Position numbers and translations under genes: made by a program
Source: Octopus bimaculoides
Lineage: Eukaryota
Length of the DNA stretch: 64,000 bases
Direction: 5' to 3'
Assembly (NCBI RefSeq): GCF_001194135.2
Contig: NC_068981.1
Location: forward strand, 52,679,225-52,743,224
Notes under the pieces: generated by a model
The model's database searches: none
Told to the model about the DNA's origin: nothing
The model's input: only the letters and a program-made list of their open reading frames with translations
Part shown: positions 26,460 to 38,549 of the stretch, in pieces
Numbering within the stretch: position 1 is the stretch's first letter
Layout: every line of letters starts with the position of its first letter

Positions 26460-27439
26460 CTGCAAAATTATTTCTAAATAGTTTTATTTGTTCAGTGTTG
26501 CAACCAAATCTCCATCAACAAATTTCCTAGTATTTAAAAACACATGAAAGCCACCTGTTGTTAGCTCTAATATTTAGGTTAGTATACCTGCAATAGCAAG
26601 TTGATATTCAGTTCAGATTGTAATACTGTAAAACTGACAAATATTTTGTTGTTTATGTTGTTGTGTAGCCCATGGCAGTAGTGCTCAATCATGTAGGTGA
26701 TTGGTTGACATAACTACATGCGATCTACAAATCCATAGCACTGGATATCACATAGCTTCTTCATGTTTCATTGCAACAGCTTTCTGTAATGAACCATTAT
26801 CATTCAATCTGCATTCCAGCTGTGACCATGTCATATTATTTTCTGGCGCAGTATGTGCAGGATGGATTTATTCAGTGTATCAACTATTTTAAAGAGAATA
26901 GTGTTAAATTTGTGAGTGATTTGGCTGTTATTTCTAGCAGTTTGAGTGGTCAAGTAGAGGTTTTTTGGGGGGGGATTGACAAATCTTTTGTTATATTTCA
27001 GTGATCAGTTTAAGTCCTGTGTTTTTTGTGTATTCTGCTTTGGAAACTGTTCATGGTAACTCTTACATGGTTGTAGGAGAACTTCTATACTGAGAAATAA
27101 AGTTGCCAAAAGAAAAATTGGAATTTAATTTCATTCAACAACTGGCATTTGAATGAGGGACTGAAAATATAAAATCTAATTTAAGTTTATCCAACCCCAC
27201 TCTGTTCTCAAATTCTTTTAGAAAGATTTATCTTTTCTTGTATCTTTTATCTTTTATATTTTACTTGCTTCAGTCATTAGAATATAGTCATTCTGGGACA
27301 CTGCCCCAAAAAGTTTAATAGAACAGAGTACATTTTTTAAAAAGTCTGGTACTTATACTCTGTCTTTTTTGCACAGTTGTCAAGCAGTGGTGGGGGACAA
27401 AGACAAAGTCAATGACACACATGTAGATATATTCAGGAA

Positions 27440-28050
27440 ACCTATGGAGATATACTGTGCTTGAGAAAACCCAGCAAGCCAAGTGAGAATGTAGCTGTGG
27501 CCGATGCCAGTGTTGCATAACTGGTCCATTTAAGAGCACTCTTCAATCGGGCAATATGCCATGCTTGTGAAGACATGTTGAACCAAGTGAAATCGTAGTT
27601 GTGGTCAATGTCAGTGCCGCCTGATTGGCACCTGTGTTGGTGGTACATAAAAAGCACCATTCAAATGTGACCAATGCCAGTGCCACCTGACTGGCACTTG
27701 TGCTGGTGGCATGTAAAATGCATCATTTGAATGTGGTCAATGCCAGTGCCACCTGACTGGCACTTATGCTGGGGGCACATAAAAAGCACTATTCGAGCAT
27801 GACTGATTCCAGTGCTGACTGACTGGTACCTGAACCTATGGCACGTAAAAAGCATCATTCAAGTGTGGTTGATGTTAGTGCCGCCTGATTTGCTCTCATA
27901 CCAGTGGCATATAAAAAGCACCATTTAAGCATGGTCGATGCCAGTGCTGCTTGACTGGCTCCTGTGCCAGTGACATGCAAAAAACACCCACTACACTCTC
28001 AGAGTCATTGGCTTTAGGAAGAGCATCCAACTGTAGAAACCTTGCCAAAT
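27440..28050 (+). mobile_element. RTE 3' UTR with six 66-bp tandem units
   Basis: ORF end ggagatatactgtgcttgagaaaacc; units start at 27601, 27667, 27733, 27799, 27865 and 27931; then ttaggaagagcatccaactgtagaaac. Confidence 0.85.
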
Positions 28051-28059
28051 CAGAGGCCT

Positions 28060-28480
28060 ATATAAACTTTTCAAAAAGTTTTCATCATTCTTGTCACAAT
28101 CAGGGAGATCTTGTGCAACTGAAACCTGAGAGTCTTTTTGGTCAGTTGAAAGGAGTTTTGGCACAAACTTGACAGATACGTATCTCATACCCAAATCTTC
28201 AGTGATAATGGACTGAACTGAGCTGTAACTAATCTGCACATCCTCTGATAACTCATGGATGGTGATTTGATGATTTACCCACACAGCTGCAGACACATCT
28301 GCAATGTTNNNNNNNNNNTGGATGGTGATTTGATGATTTACCCACACAGCTGCAGACACATCTGCAATGTTTTCCTCAGTTCTGCTGGTTGTGGGTCTCC
28401 CAGAATGTTCATCAATATTGACATTTTTTGGCCATCTTGGAATCGTCTGAACCACTCATACACTTATGAGCATGTTATCA
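28060..28480 (-). mobile_element. Mariner transposase N-terminal fragment
   Basis: Translation DEHSGRPTTSRTEENI...ITIHELSEDVQISYSSVQSIITEDLGMRYVSVKFVPKLL is a typical mariner HTH plus WVP-type linker. Confidence 0.82.
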
Positions 28481-28529
28481 AAAATGAACCTACACGCATC
28501 CAGATGTAGCTAAATAATATATTGATTAC

Positions 28530-28865
28530 CAACCGCCAGCCTGTTGTTAATTTAGGGCCCTCGTCTGTGTACGAGTATAGCTTCCTTAATTCTCAATTTA
28601 CCCAAATTTCTTTCATTGGCCTCAGTTGTGACTGTTATGCTTTTGTCAGTGTTCCGGCATCTGTCTAGATGTTTTCTGAAGGAGGAGGCTCTCGTGTTCA
28701 GATGTTCTTTGATGCAGACGTGTAATGGTCTTGTTGTGCTACCCACATAGAACTTGTTGCATTTGTTACATTGTATTCTATACACAACATTTACTTGTTG
28801 GCATAAATCTGTGTCACGGATGGGACAGTTTGTTAGTGTGCATTGATTGTTGTCCCTTGTTTGTT
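28530..28865 (-). mobile_element. Penelope-like element GIY-YIG endonuclease fragment
   Basis: NVVYRIQCNKCNKFYVGSTTRPLHVCIKEH...LRIKEAILV shows the GIY..CxxC..YIG.T.R motif and the conserved Glu helix. Confidence 0.78.
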
Positions 28866-29160
28866 TCTTTGCAAGGTGTCTTCTCAGAGAGGGGCTGTGT
28901 GGTAAGAAGCTGGCTTCCTAACCACATGGTTCCAGCTTCAGTTCCATAAGTCAATTGCTGTTCATCAGTACTTCTCCATTTTCTGTTTTCTTTAAATTTT
29001 GATTCTTGATAAACCCATGTTTATCCTTGTCTTTACCTATAATTTATGAACATATGTTTGCATATGTATGCCCATGGTTAAATATAGGTAACATACCAGT
29101 AGTGTAATGGATACTTCTATCCCTTAGATGGTTATTTTAACCTCCAACTCAACTAACCTA

Positions 29161-30215
29161 TCATCATCACCATCATCATCGTCGTTTAACGTCCGCTTTC
29201 CATGCTAGCATGGGTTGGACGATTTGACTGAGGACTGGTGAAACCAGATGGCTACACCAGGCTCCAATCTGATTTGGCAGAGTTTCTACAGTTGGATGCC
29301 CTTCCTAACGCCAACCACTCAGAGAGTGTAGTGGGTGCTTTTTACGTGCCAGCGGCACGAAGGCCAGTCAGGCAGTACTGGCAACGGCCACGCTCAAAAT
29401 GGTGTATTTTATGTGCCACCCACACAAGAGCCAGTCCAGGGGCACTGGCAACGATCTCGCTCGAAAGTCCTTACACATGCCGCGGGCACAAGTGCCAGAA
29501 AGGCGATGCTGGGCACAGGTGCCATCACAATTTCGCTTTCACTTGCACCAATAAGTCTTCGCAAGCTGAGTTTCTTGTCCAATGAGGGAGACGATGTTGG
29601 CATGGGTGCCAGACGTCAAATTTAACTCGATTTCGATTTCACTTGCCTCAACAGGTCTTCGCAAGTGGAGTTTAGTGTCCAATGAAGGAAGGAAGGTACG
29701 CATAAGTGGACTGGCTGAGGCCTTAGAATTAGGTTTCACTTGGCTTGCCGGGTCTTCTCACGCACAGCATATTTCCAATTGGCAGAGTTTCTACAGCTGG
29801 ATGCCCTTCCTAACGCCGACCATTCAGAGAGTGTAGTGGGTGCTTTTACGTGCCACCGGCANNNNNNNNNNATGCCCTTCCTAACGCCGACCATTCAGAG
29901 AGTGTAGTGGGTGCTTTTACGTGCCACCGGCACGAAGGCCAGTCAGGTGGTACTGGCAACGGCCACGCACAAAATGGTGTATTTTATGTGCCACCTGCTC
30001 GAGAGCCAATCCAGGGGCACTGGCAACGATCTCTCTCGAAAGTCCTTACACATGCCGTGGGCACAAGTGCCAGAAAGGCGACGCTGGGCACAGATGCCTT
30101 CATGATTTTGCTTTCCCCAATAAATCTTCGCAAGCTGAGTTTCGTGTCCAATGAAGGAGACAACGTTGGCATGGGTGCCAGTTGTCGAATTTCACTCGAT
30201 TTCGATTGCACTTGC
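29161..30215 (-). mobile_element. Young RTE 3' UTR, tandem dimer
   Basis: 29300-29640 and 29875-30210 are highly similar. The tail at 29161-29306 is CpG-intact. Confidence 0.85.
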
Positions 30216-30516
30216 CTCATATATATGTATATGACAGGCTTCTTTCAGTTTTCATCTACCAAATCTACTCACAAGCTTTGGTCAGCCCATGACTATAGTA
30301 AAAGATATTATTCCAAGGTGTCACACCATGTGACTGAATCTGGAATCATGTGATCTTTCATAAAGGTATTAACCTTGTGAATGAAATGAAAGGCTTACAA
30401 CTAGAAATCTACTTCAAGTTACTGAAACAGGTCACTTTAAGTTTAAGTTTATATGGCTAACTGTTCATATGTTAAGAAATGTATACATACAGCTATGAAT
30501 ACAGAGATATACTTGC

Positions 30517-30528
30517 ATACACACACAC

Positions 30529-30594
<66 letters not shown>
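30517..30594. repeat. (CA)n microsatellite, representative of dozens of CA/TA/GA/CAT tracts
   Basis: Directly visible. Others include 8474-8536, 10567-10618, 12585-12637, 24200-24362, 38425-38549 and 44545-44640. Confidence 0.95.
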
Positions 30595-30599
<5 letters not shown>

Positions 30600-31008
30600 C
30601 AAGAAAATAAACAAACAAATGTAAATACACATAAATAGGTACACAAATACAATATTGTATTTCATTTTAAATACAAAGTAGTTTTATTTTTTGCTTTTTG
30701 ATACTCTTCCTAAATTGTTAGATAGAGGTGTAAACAAGTATTTATTAGCAGGATTTAGGTTAGAGTAATTCATTTATAATCATGCTTGACACAGATTTAA
30801 CCAAAAGTTAACCTATTTCTTTCATAAAAAAAAATCTGAATAATGTTTCTAATATTGACGATTAATTTGCTTCCTTAAGCTAAGGAGGAATGCTTTTGTT
30901 AGAGACTGCACAAATTGAGATATTAGGCTCAACATCTCCCTGACTTCTCAAGTCCTTTCAACTATGAAGAACTAATGAGAGGAATATCGTTAATCTGGGT
31001 TATGTTTA

Positions 31009-32475
31009 TCTATATATATAAACATGAGAATGTGTGTCTGTCTGTCTGTGTGAATCCCTAAAACTCGAGAACTACACAACCAATTTCATTCAAATTTTAC
31101 ACATGCCTTACTAGGGTTCCAGTTGTGTTTTAGTATAAAAAAAATTAACTTCTTGCAGAGTTCGAGCCCACGGAAACATAATATCTCCTCCACTATTTAA
31201 GTATTACGTGTCAAAAGTGAAACAAAAACACTCATGTCAAATACTTTCACTTTAAAAATGAAACTATTCTACTAACTGAAACAATCACATTTCGATACTG
31301 TAATGACAGATACTTTCAGAGAGAGAGAGAGAGAGAAAGAGAGAGGGAGANNNNNNNNNNNNNNNNNNNNNNNNNNNNNNNNNNNNNNNNNNNNNNNNNN
31401 NNNNNNNNNNNNNNNNNNNNNNNNNNNNNNNNNNNNNNNNNNNNNNNNNNNNNNNNNNNNNNNNNNNNNNNNNNNNNNNNNNNNNNNNNNNNNNNNNNNN
31501 NNNNNNNNNNNNNNNNNNNNNNNNNNNNNNNNNNNNNNNNNNNNNNNNNNNNNNNNNNNNNNNNNNNNNNNNNNNNNNNNNNNNNNNNNNNNNNNNNNNN
31601 NNNNNNNNNNNNNNNNNNNNNNNNNNNNNNNNNNNNNNNNNNNNNNNNNNNNNNNNNNNNNNNNNNNNNNNNNNNNNNNNNNNNNNNNNNNNNNNNNNNN
31701 NNNNNNNNNNNNNNNNNNNNNNNNNNNNNNNNNNNNNNNNNNNNNNNNNNNNNNNNNNNNNNNNNNNNNNNNNNNNNNNNNNNNNNNNNNNNNNNNNNNN
31801 NNNNNNNNNNNNNNNNNNNNNNNNNNNNNNNNNNNNNNNNNNNNNNNNNNNNNNNNNNNNNNNNNNNNNNNNNNNNNNNNNNNNNNNNNNNNNNNNNNNN
31901 NNNNNNNNNNNNNNNNNNNNNNNNNNNNNNNNNNNNNNNNNNNNNNNNNNNNNNNNNNNNNNNNNNNNNNNNNNNNNNNNNNNNNNNNNNNNNNNNNNNN
32001 NNNNNNNNNNNNNNNNNNNNNNNNNNNNNNNNNNNNNNNNNNNNNNNNNNNNNNNNNNNNNNNNNNNNNNNNNNNNNNNNNNNNNNNNNNNNNNNNNNNN
32101 NNNNNNNNNNNNNNNNNATTGTGATTTCTGCAATGTGGTGCATAAATTATCAAGTAAATGAGACGCATCTTTGCCTCCACTGATTCACTTGCAAAGTGTT
32201 GAGTAAAATTATTTCGTTGCAGACCTCCTTTGAGTCTTTTTATTATCACTGCGACACACATAGTCCCCAGTTGGTAACATTGATTTCAAGGCCCTCCTAG
32301 ATGAGAGACTGGCATTCCACTTAATGTCTATGTGCCATGCTGGCATGGATTGGAGAGTTATTAAGGTAGAAATATGGTATCGTAGCTACTAACAGTTGAG
32401 GGTTGCGTAGTCTAGACAGCGTTTTTAGATTTCATTATTCTCTTTAACCCGGGCAAAGCCGGGTATTTCTGCTAG
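31009..32475 (+). mobile_element. Non-autonomous Helitron
   Basis: A|TCTATATATATAAA 5' end followed by a (TCTG)n tract. The 3' end has hairpin ACCCGG-GCAAAG-CCGGGT, then CTAG|T. The interior spans an N gap. Confidence 0.8.
31351..32117. other. Assembly gap (N run) inside the Helitron
   Basis: Continuous Ns. Confidence 0.99.
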
Positions 32476-32699
32476 TTATTAAATAAATTGAGGAATAGAT
32501 ATAATAATCTACTGTCTGGAGAAGAAAGTAGATTAAAGTAATTTAAAAACATGTTTCTTTTAGGCAACTAAAAGAAGGTCGAGGTAGAATTTGCTCTACA
32601 ACCTCATAAAACTATCATCAGCAAAGTCTAGCCAAACAGACCCTTCAAGTTCTTTTCTCCAGGATAATACCTTGGCTGTCTATATGGTATGTCATATGA

Positions 32700-35540
32700 A
32701 GTGGTTGGGGCGAAGCTGTCTGGATCCCCATCTACCAGATGAGGATAACCCCTGAGGACAAACTGGGTTGGAGGGTCATCACCTGAGTGGTGCATAGGTA
32801 TCATTTACCAGTTATATGGAATCTGAGGAAGCCTTTTCAGGTTGGGGGGTCCTGGGATGTTTTCTCTTTGATGGATGATTCCTATCTGTCCCTGATGTCT
32901 TTGGAACTTGACTGGTTGCAAGTCACTGTGGCAACCCTATTGGAAAGATGAATTCTCAACCAGTGGTTACACCTTCTATTGATCTGAGTGCTTTGATGAC
33001 TGGCATTCATGGTGAGGTAGCTGTTATGGTGGCTGACTGGCTGATTCCAATGGCATCAGATGTAACGCCTGTCAATGAACATATATAGCTGAGAATTCAA
33101 CATTTTCTGCAAAGCCCATGGCTTTTGCAAGGTCCAGGAGCATCACGTCACTTTCACTCCTTGTACTGGACTCAAAAGGGCTGACAACACTCTCATATCC
33201 TGTTCTGTCAACTCCAGTAGATGCCTTAAAATCTCCCAACAGGGTCCAATATTAGGAGTGAAATTGGTGTGATGCTCCTGGACTTAGTATCACTGGCTCC
33301 TGGTACCAACGTCCTCAGCTGCATCACTGGACTTAGTATTCCAATACTGGTCATGTAGCAAAGGATATCCATCACCTGCATGTAGATGGTTACTGGAGAG
33401 TCCTGCAGAACTGCAAGGTTTTTCAAAGTGTTAGCTTTAACAAGCCGAGTTGAGATTATGATCAAAGTTTAAGAGGCTGAAGGCAGCCAATCCCAGATTA
33501 GATGCTGATGGACTCAAAACCAACAGTGTAAGCAAAACCTTTTTGCAACAGCTTGGGCCTGCGCTATGTGGGGCTTGTCCCTTGTTAGGACCAGTGAGTA
33601 TGTGGAAAACTTACAGAGACACCTTGCTGTTGACCAAAAAAAGGACCAGGAAACATTTCCTTTTTAGGGATACACTCACATTGGTAAAGTGCAGTCACAG
33701 GGTGAGGCTTGGTGAGGCCCCTGGTGATTTGCTTCAGGGGTTTCGTTGTGGAGTAGTCAGAGCACTGAGGTTTGACAAGGAAAAGCAGAGGTGTGAGGAA
33801 TCTGTGAGAAGGTCAAAAGTCAGCTTTATGCTTCTGACTCATGTACTGTCTACAAAAGAATCCCTATGCTTTAAGGGTGACAAAGCTTGCTTGATATTCT
33901 GGGGTCTTAGATTCTGATGGAGTGCTCTTGATGGAGGAGCCCAAGGTGGTGGCTTGCTGGGCATTGCACTTTGAGTAGTTGTATAAGGTGGACCCACCTA
34001 GTACTGTTATGAATGCCATGATGCCTTTGATACTGGTGGCTGACCCTCCAGCCAGCTGTAATCGGCCATCTGTTGACAAGGTTTGTATGGTGGTAAATCA
34101 GCTGAGGGGTGGGAAGGCAGGTGGTGTTTGTGGCATCCATTGGGAGATAATCAAGAAAAGTGGGCCTGTTGTAGTCTTGTTCGTGTGGCAGATCATCTAC
34201 TCAATTTGGATCAGTGATGTCATACCACTTAACTGGAAAACGGCCGTAATTGTCCCTATCAAGAAAGATAAAGGTGAGCACCATGACTGTAACAACTATA
34301 GAGCTGTTACATTCTTCTTAGTGCCCAGTAAGGTCTTTGCCAAGGTTATTCTGAATGTAGTGCAAAATTATTTGTTTGCCTCTCAGCAGCCAGAGCAGTC
34401 AGTGTTCACACCAAAGAAGTCAACTACCAACAAGATCCTGGTTTTTTGTGTACTCATTGAATGCAAGCAGGGTTGTTGGCAGGAGCTGCTTACAGCCTTT
34501 ACTGACCTTCACAAGGCATTTGATTCAGGGGACAGGAATGTGCTTTGGAGGATTCTGGAGCTGCAAGGTATACCTCTCCTACAGGTTGGGTTGATGGTGG
34601 CTTTGTATACTGGAACAGTGAGTGCAGGGCTCAACGTCTGACTTTTTTCCTGTTAGACATGGGGTCTGTCAGTGTTGTGTTTTGGCTCTCAATTCTATTC
34701 AGTGCCTACATGGACTGGATACTTGGCTGGATGGTGGCTCGATTGAGCTGTGGATTGCTCATTAGTGAAACCAGGATTACTAACCCAGATTCTACTGATG
34801 ATGCAGTTATTCTTGGATGTCTTAAGAAGTGTTTTCCTTTCACTAAGTTATAAAATGGAACCACTTGGCCTTAAGAGTCTCTTGAGTCAAGACAGATTCT
34901 GTCTTTCATTGGCTTCCTGAAGGGAATCTGTCTAGTCTGTCTCTGTTGTAGGTAAGAATACCAAAGTTGTTGACCGCTTCACTTCTCTTGGCAGTGTGAT
35001 CCATAGCTGCATTAGCTGAGAGTCCAAAGTCTTAAAAAGATTAGGGTGTACTGGTGTAGTTGTGGACTCACTAACAAGTGAGTTTGGCACTGCTGATATC
35101 TGAACTGGTGGACAAAGGTTTGGATCTTCAGGTCTCTGGTTTTTCCCATCTTGCTTTACAGCTGAGAGACTTGGACATTCTTCGGAGCCCTTGGGGGCTG
35201 CCTGAACTCATTTGGTACCAGGACACTTCACAGAATTGTGGGCTACCATTGACTTGATTTCATATATTCTGAAGCTGAGATGCACCTGTTACTTTTATGA
35301 TTCAGGAGCATCAGCTCAGACTATTTGGTCATTTTGCTTGATTTTCTGAGTTGGGTCCTGTGTACCATATTCTCTTCTCTGAGGATCTGGCTTGTGTTGG
35401 TTAGCCACATGCCATATAACCATGGCAGATGAGGGACTATTTCACAGAGATAGGAGCTGACTAGGTTACTATTCAGAGAGTTGGCTGGGATGACCTGAGC
35501 TGATATTACTGAATGCAGTAATTATACACTCAAGCAATAC
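32700..35540 (+). mobile_element. Near-full-length decayed RTE-clade LINE (APE endonuclease + RT)
   Basis: Endonuclease remnants (FQVGGSWDV, GYTFY, ITGSWYQRP, DIHHLHVDGYW) are followed by RT motifs GKAGGVCGI, WKTAVIVPIKKDKG..DCNNYRAV, FTDLHKAFDS and TDDAV (decayed ADD). Many stops and frameshifts. Confidence 0.88.
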
Positions 35541-35564
35541 ATACCCTCATACCTAACTTGACCT

Positions 35565-36075
35565 TTTATTTGTTTCAGATGTGGCCATTCTGGGGTACTA
35601 TCATAAAGGATTTAGTTGAACACATTGACCCCTGTACTTATTGTTTTAAAGTCTGATATTTATTCTACTGGGTTTTTTTTTGTTTGCCAAACTGCTAAGT
35701 TATGGAAATATAAACAAACCAACACTAGTTGTCAAACGATGATGGAAGACACATACACACACACACACACNNNNNNNNNNNNNNNNNNNNNNNNNNNNNN
35801 NNNNNNNNNNNNNNNNNNNNNNNNNNNNNNNNNNNNNNNNNNNNNNNNNNNNNNNNNNNNNNNNNNNNNNNNNNNNNNNNNNNNNNNNNNNNNNNNNNNN
35901 NNACCAACACTAGTTGTCAAACGATGATGGAAGACACATACACACACACACACACACCACATGATGGGCTTCTACATAGCTTCTGTCCATTAAATAGACT
36001 CACACGTTATGTCAATACATGGCTACAGGTGCCACACATCGGAACTGAACCTGAAACCATCAGGGACGAATATTC
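35565..36075 (-). mobile_element. SINE family B, spanning an N gap
   Basis: Reverse-complement tail and body match; the head is interrupted by the young family A SINE. Other B heads lie at about 8915-9060, 28885-28947, 30232-30355 and 55665-55785. Confidence 0.7.
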
Positions 36076-36091
36076 CGGGTGTGCTAAGTGT

Positions 36092-36321
36092 TATTTTTTT
36101 ACTACCCACAAGGGGCTACACACAGAGGGGACAAACAAGGACAGACAAATGGATTAAATCGATTATATCGACCCCAGTGCGTAACTGGTACTTATTTAGT
36201 CGACCCCGAAAGGATGAAAGGCAAAGGCGACTTCGGCGGAATTTGAACTCAGAACATAGCGGGCAGACGAAATACCGCTGAGCATTTCGCCCAGCGTGCT
36301 AACGTTTCTGCCAGCTCGCCA
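36092..36321 (-). mobile_element. Young SINE family A copy with alternative tail and 14-bp TSD
   Basis: CpG-intact; TSD GGTGTGCTAAGTGT at 36078-36091 and 36322-36335. Confidence 0.9.
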
Positions 36322-36904
36322 GGTGTGCTAAGTGTGCACTGCACACCCATTGAAAATGGCAAATTCAATATAAATATTAATCTTACTCATTAATTTAATC
36401 ACAAATCTTAATGGAAAACTTTTGTTATATTCCTGCTTGAAATTTGGTGGTCATACACCACTGGAAACCATGCAGTTGCAAAGTTAGCTTCTTGACCATG
36501 CAGCAAGAACAAACTTGTTCTTGATTAGAAGTATTTATGTAGTAGATACTGACTTTCATCAACAATGTCGGTTACACTTCAACAAACTAACTTTTAAATG
36601 TTCTTTTCAGCTAAGTACTTACTACTCTGACTGTATCTGTTCTATTTCTTCAGAAAGTATAACTCTAGAATTCCTATCCTGGTTTACATATGATTTCAGG
36701 TTATTCCTTATACAAATATCATTGAATTTTACTAGAGTGAGTTTTTCTGGTCTTAAATAAAAAATAGTTAATTTTTTTTTTTGTCTCCTTGTCCTTAGTG
36801 AGATTTAAGTACCATATTTGATGGCATGTAAGATATGCTTTTTCTTTCAGAAATAGGCTTCAAATAAACACCAAAAGTTCTAAATGTGAAGTTGCTTTAA
36901 ATAT

Positions 36905-37118
36905 TGGTTTCAAATTTTTGCACAAGGCCAGAATTTCACGGGTGGAAGTAAGTTGTTCACATTGACTCCAGTGCTCAACTGGTACTTATTTTATGACCCC
37001 AAAAAGATGAATAGCAAAGTGGACTTTGGCAGGATTTGAACTCAGAACATAAAGACAGACGAAATGTCACGAAGCATTTTGCCCGGCTTGCTAATGATTC
37101 TGCCAGCTTGTCACCTTA
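36905..37118 (-). mobile_element. SINE family A
   Basis: Reverse-complement match to the family A consensus. Confidence 0.85.
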
Positions 37119-38431
37119 AGTTGCTTTAGATATTACATGCTTTAATGCACTAAAAGCATTTTTCTGAGTATGTGCTGCTGAAATTTGGTTGTCTAATACA
37201 TCTGTGCTTTTTTTTTTTTTTTTTTATGCCATCAGATATAGTAATAAAATATGACAGAAAACATAAAAAGGTCAAAGTTATTAAGTTAGATTGCATTTTC
37301 CGTAGGATATACCTCAACAACTAACTACAAGCAGAGGAGTCAGATTAGAAACAAAACAAAATATATCTACACTGTTGAAAAGCTCAGCAAAATAACTGAC
37401 CCTAAACTTGTAGTACAATTTTCTCAAAGGGATTAGTCGTTTATGTATCATACATTTCATGTTTATCACTTCCAAGTTTCATTTAAGGGAGTTCAAGTAA
37501 TGCTATCTATTCCAAGACAAATTTATTTTTTATCATGTTCATAATTTTTTTCTTCATAAAAACGGTTTGCTCTAAATAGATCATTCAGACACAAAAAAAC
37601 TGTCTTTAATTACATATGCCTTAAGACACAATTCTACCACACCTATTCTATTATGCAATCCAGTTTGCTTATATTCTTTATCAATACTATAAGCATTTAG
37701 GGTGTTACCAAATATAGTGAGACAGGCTCATTTAATCCATGCTAACAGAAGAGACACAGTAGTGGTGGGAGAGTAGTGCTGGAAATGAGATTGAAGGAAA
37801 GAATTATGGTGATAATGGTAATTCTATAAAAATATAAATATAAAAGTGTGTATTTTAACTTTTGAGACTATATTTTACTAGATTTGCTAAATATATATTT
37901 TGGGAATGATTTTGTATAGCTGGCATTTTTCAGGCTATTGCATTTACTGAGTAAAAGGAAACAGACAAACAGATATGAAAGAAATAAATTTCTGACTACA
38001 CTGGAAATTGAATGAAGATAATTTCAGGTAATTGCTAATAAAGTCCCCGGTTTCCATGGCAATGAAAGTGATGTAGGATGTCAGTAACTGTTTTCTTAAT
38101 TATAGCTGAGGTCAGTGGATATTATCATCTCTTAGTGACTTATACAGAAAAATAAATATATATATAAAGTGAGCCACACATGTAGAACATTCAGAAATAG
38201 TTAAATGTATTTTCACACAGTATATGCTGGGACTAGAAAGAGAGGATGACATTTCACAAAGGTTAAATTGATTTCCGATTATAGAAACTCACTGGAAGGA
38301 AAAGACCATGAAAATTGGCCAGAGGCAACAACTTTAAATCCTTTTATGGTAACTGAACATTTTTCAGTACACTTTTTTCATTTAATGCAGTTCACTGTGC
38401 ACGTGTGTGTACATACACACATACATACATG

Positions 38432-38495
<64 letters not shown>

Positions 38496-38549
38496 CATAC
38501 ATACATATATATGTATATATGTGTGTATGTATGTATATATATATATATA

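Noticed and set aside
26821-26911. Plus-strand exon candidate ending TTT|GTGAGT
   Set aside because: The donor overlaps the dispersed GATTTGGCTG repeat motif and the peptide is not recognisable.
27601-27995. CRISPR-like array or Cys/His repeat protein (ORFs 27442..27858)
   Set aside because: Units are contiguous with no unique spacers, the host is eukaryotic with no cas genes, and the array lies in a LINE 3' UTR.
35719-35955. Apparent direct repeats flanking small gaps (also 16530-16610, 28258-28370, 29808-29930)
   Set aside because: Identical sequence on both sides of an N run is typical contig-end overlap in scaffolding, not a biological duplication.
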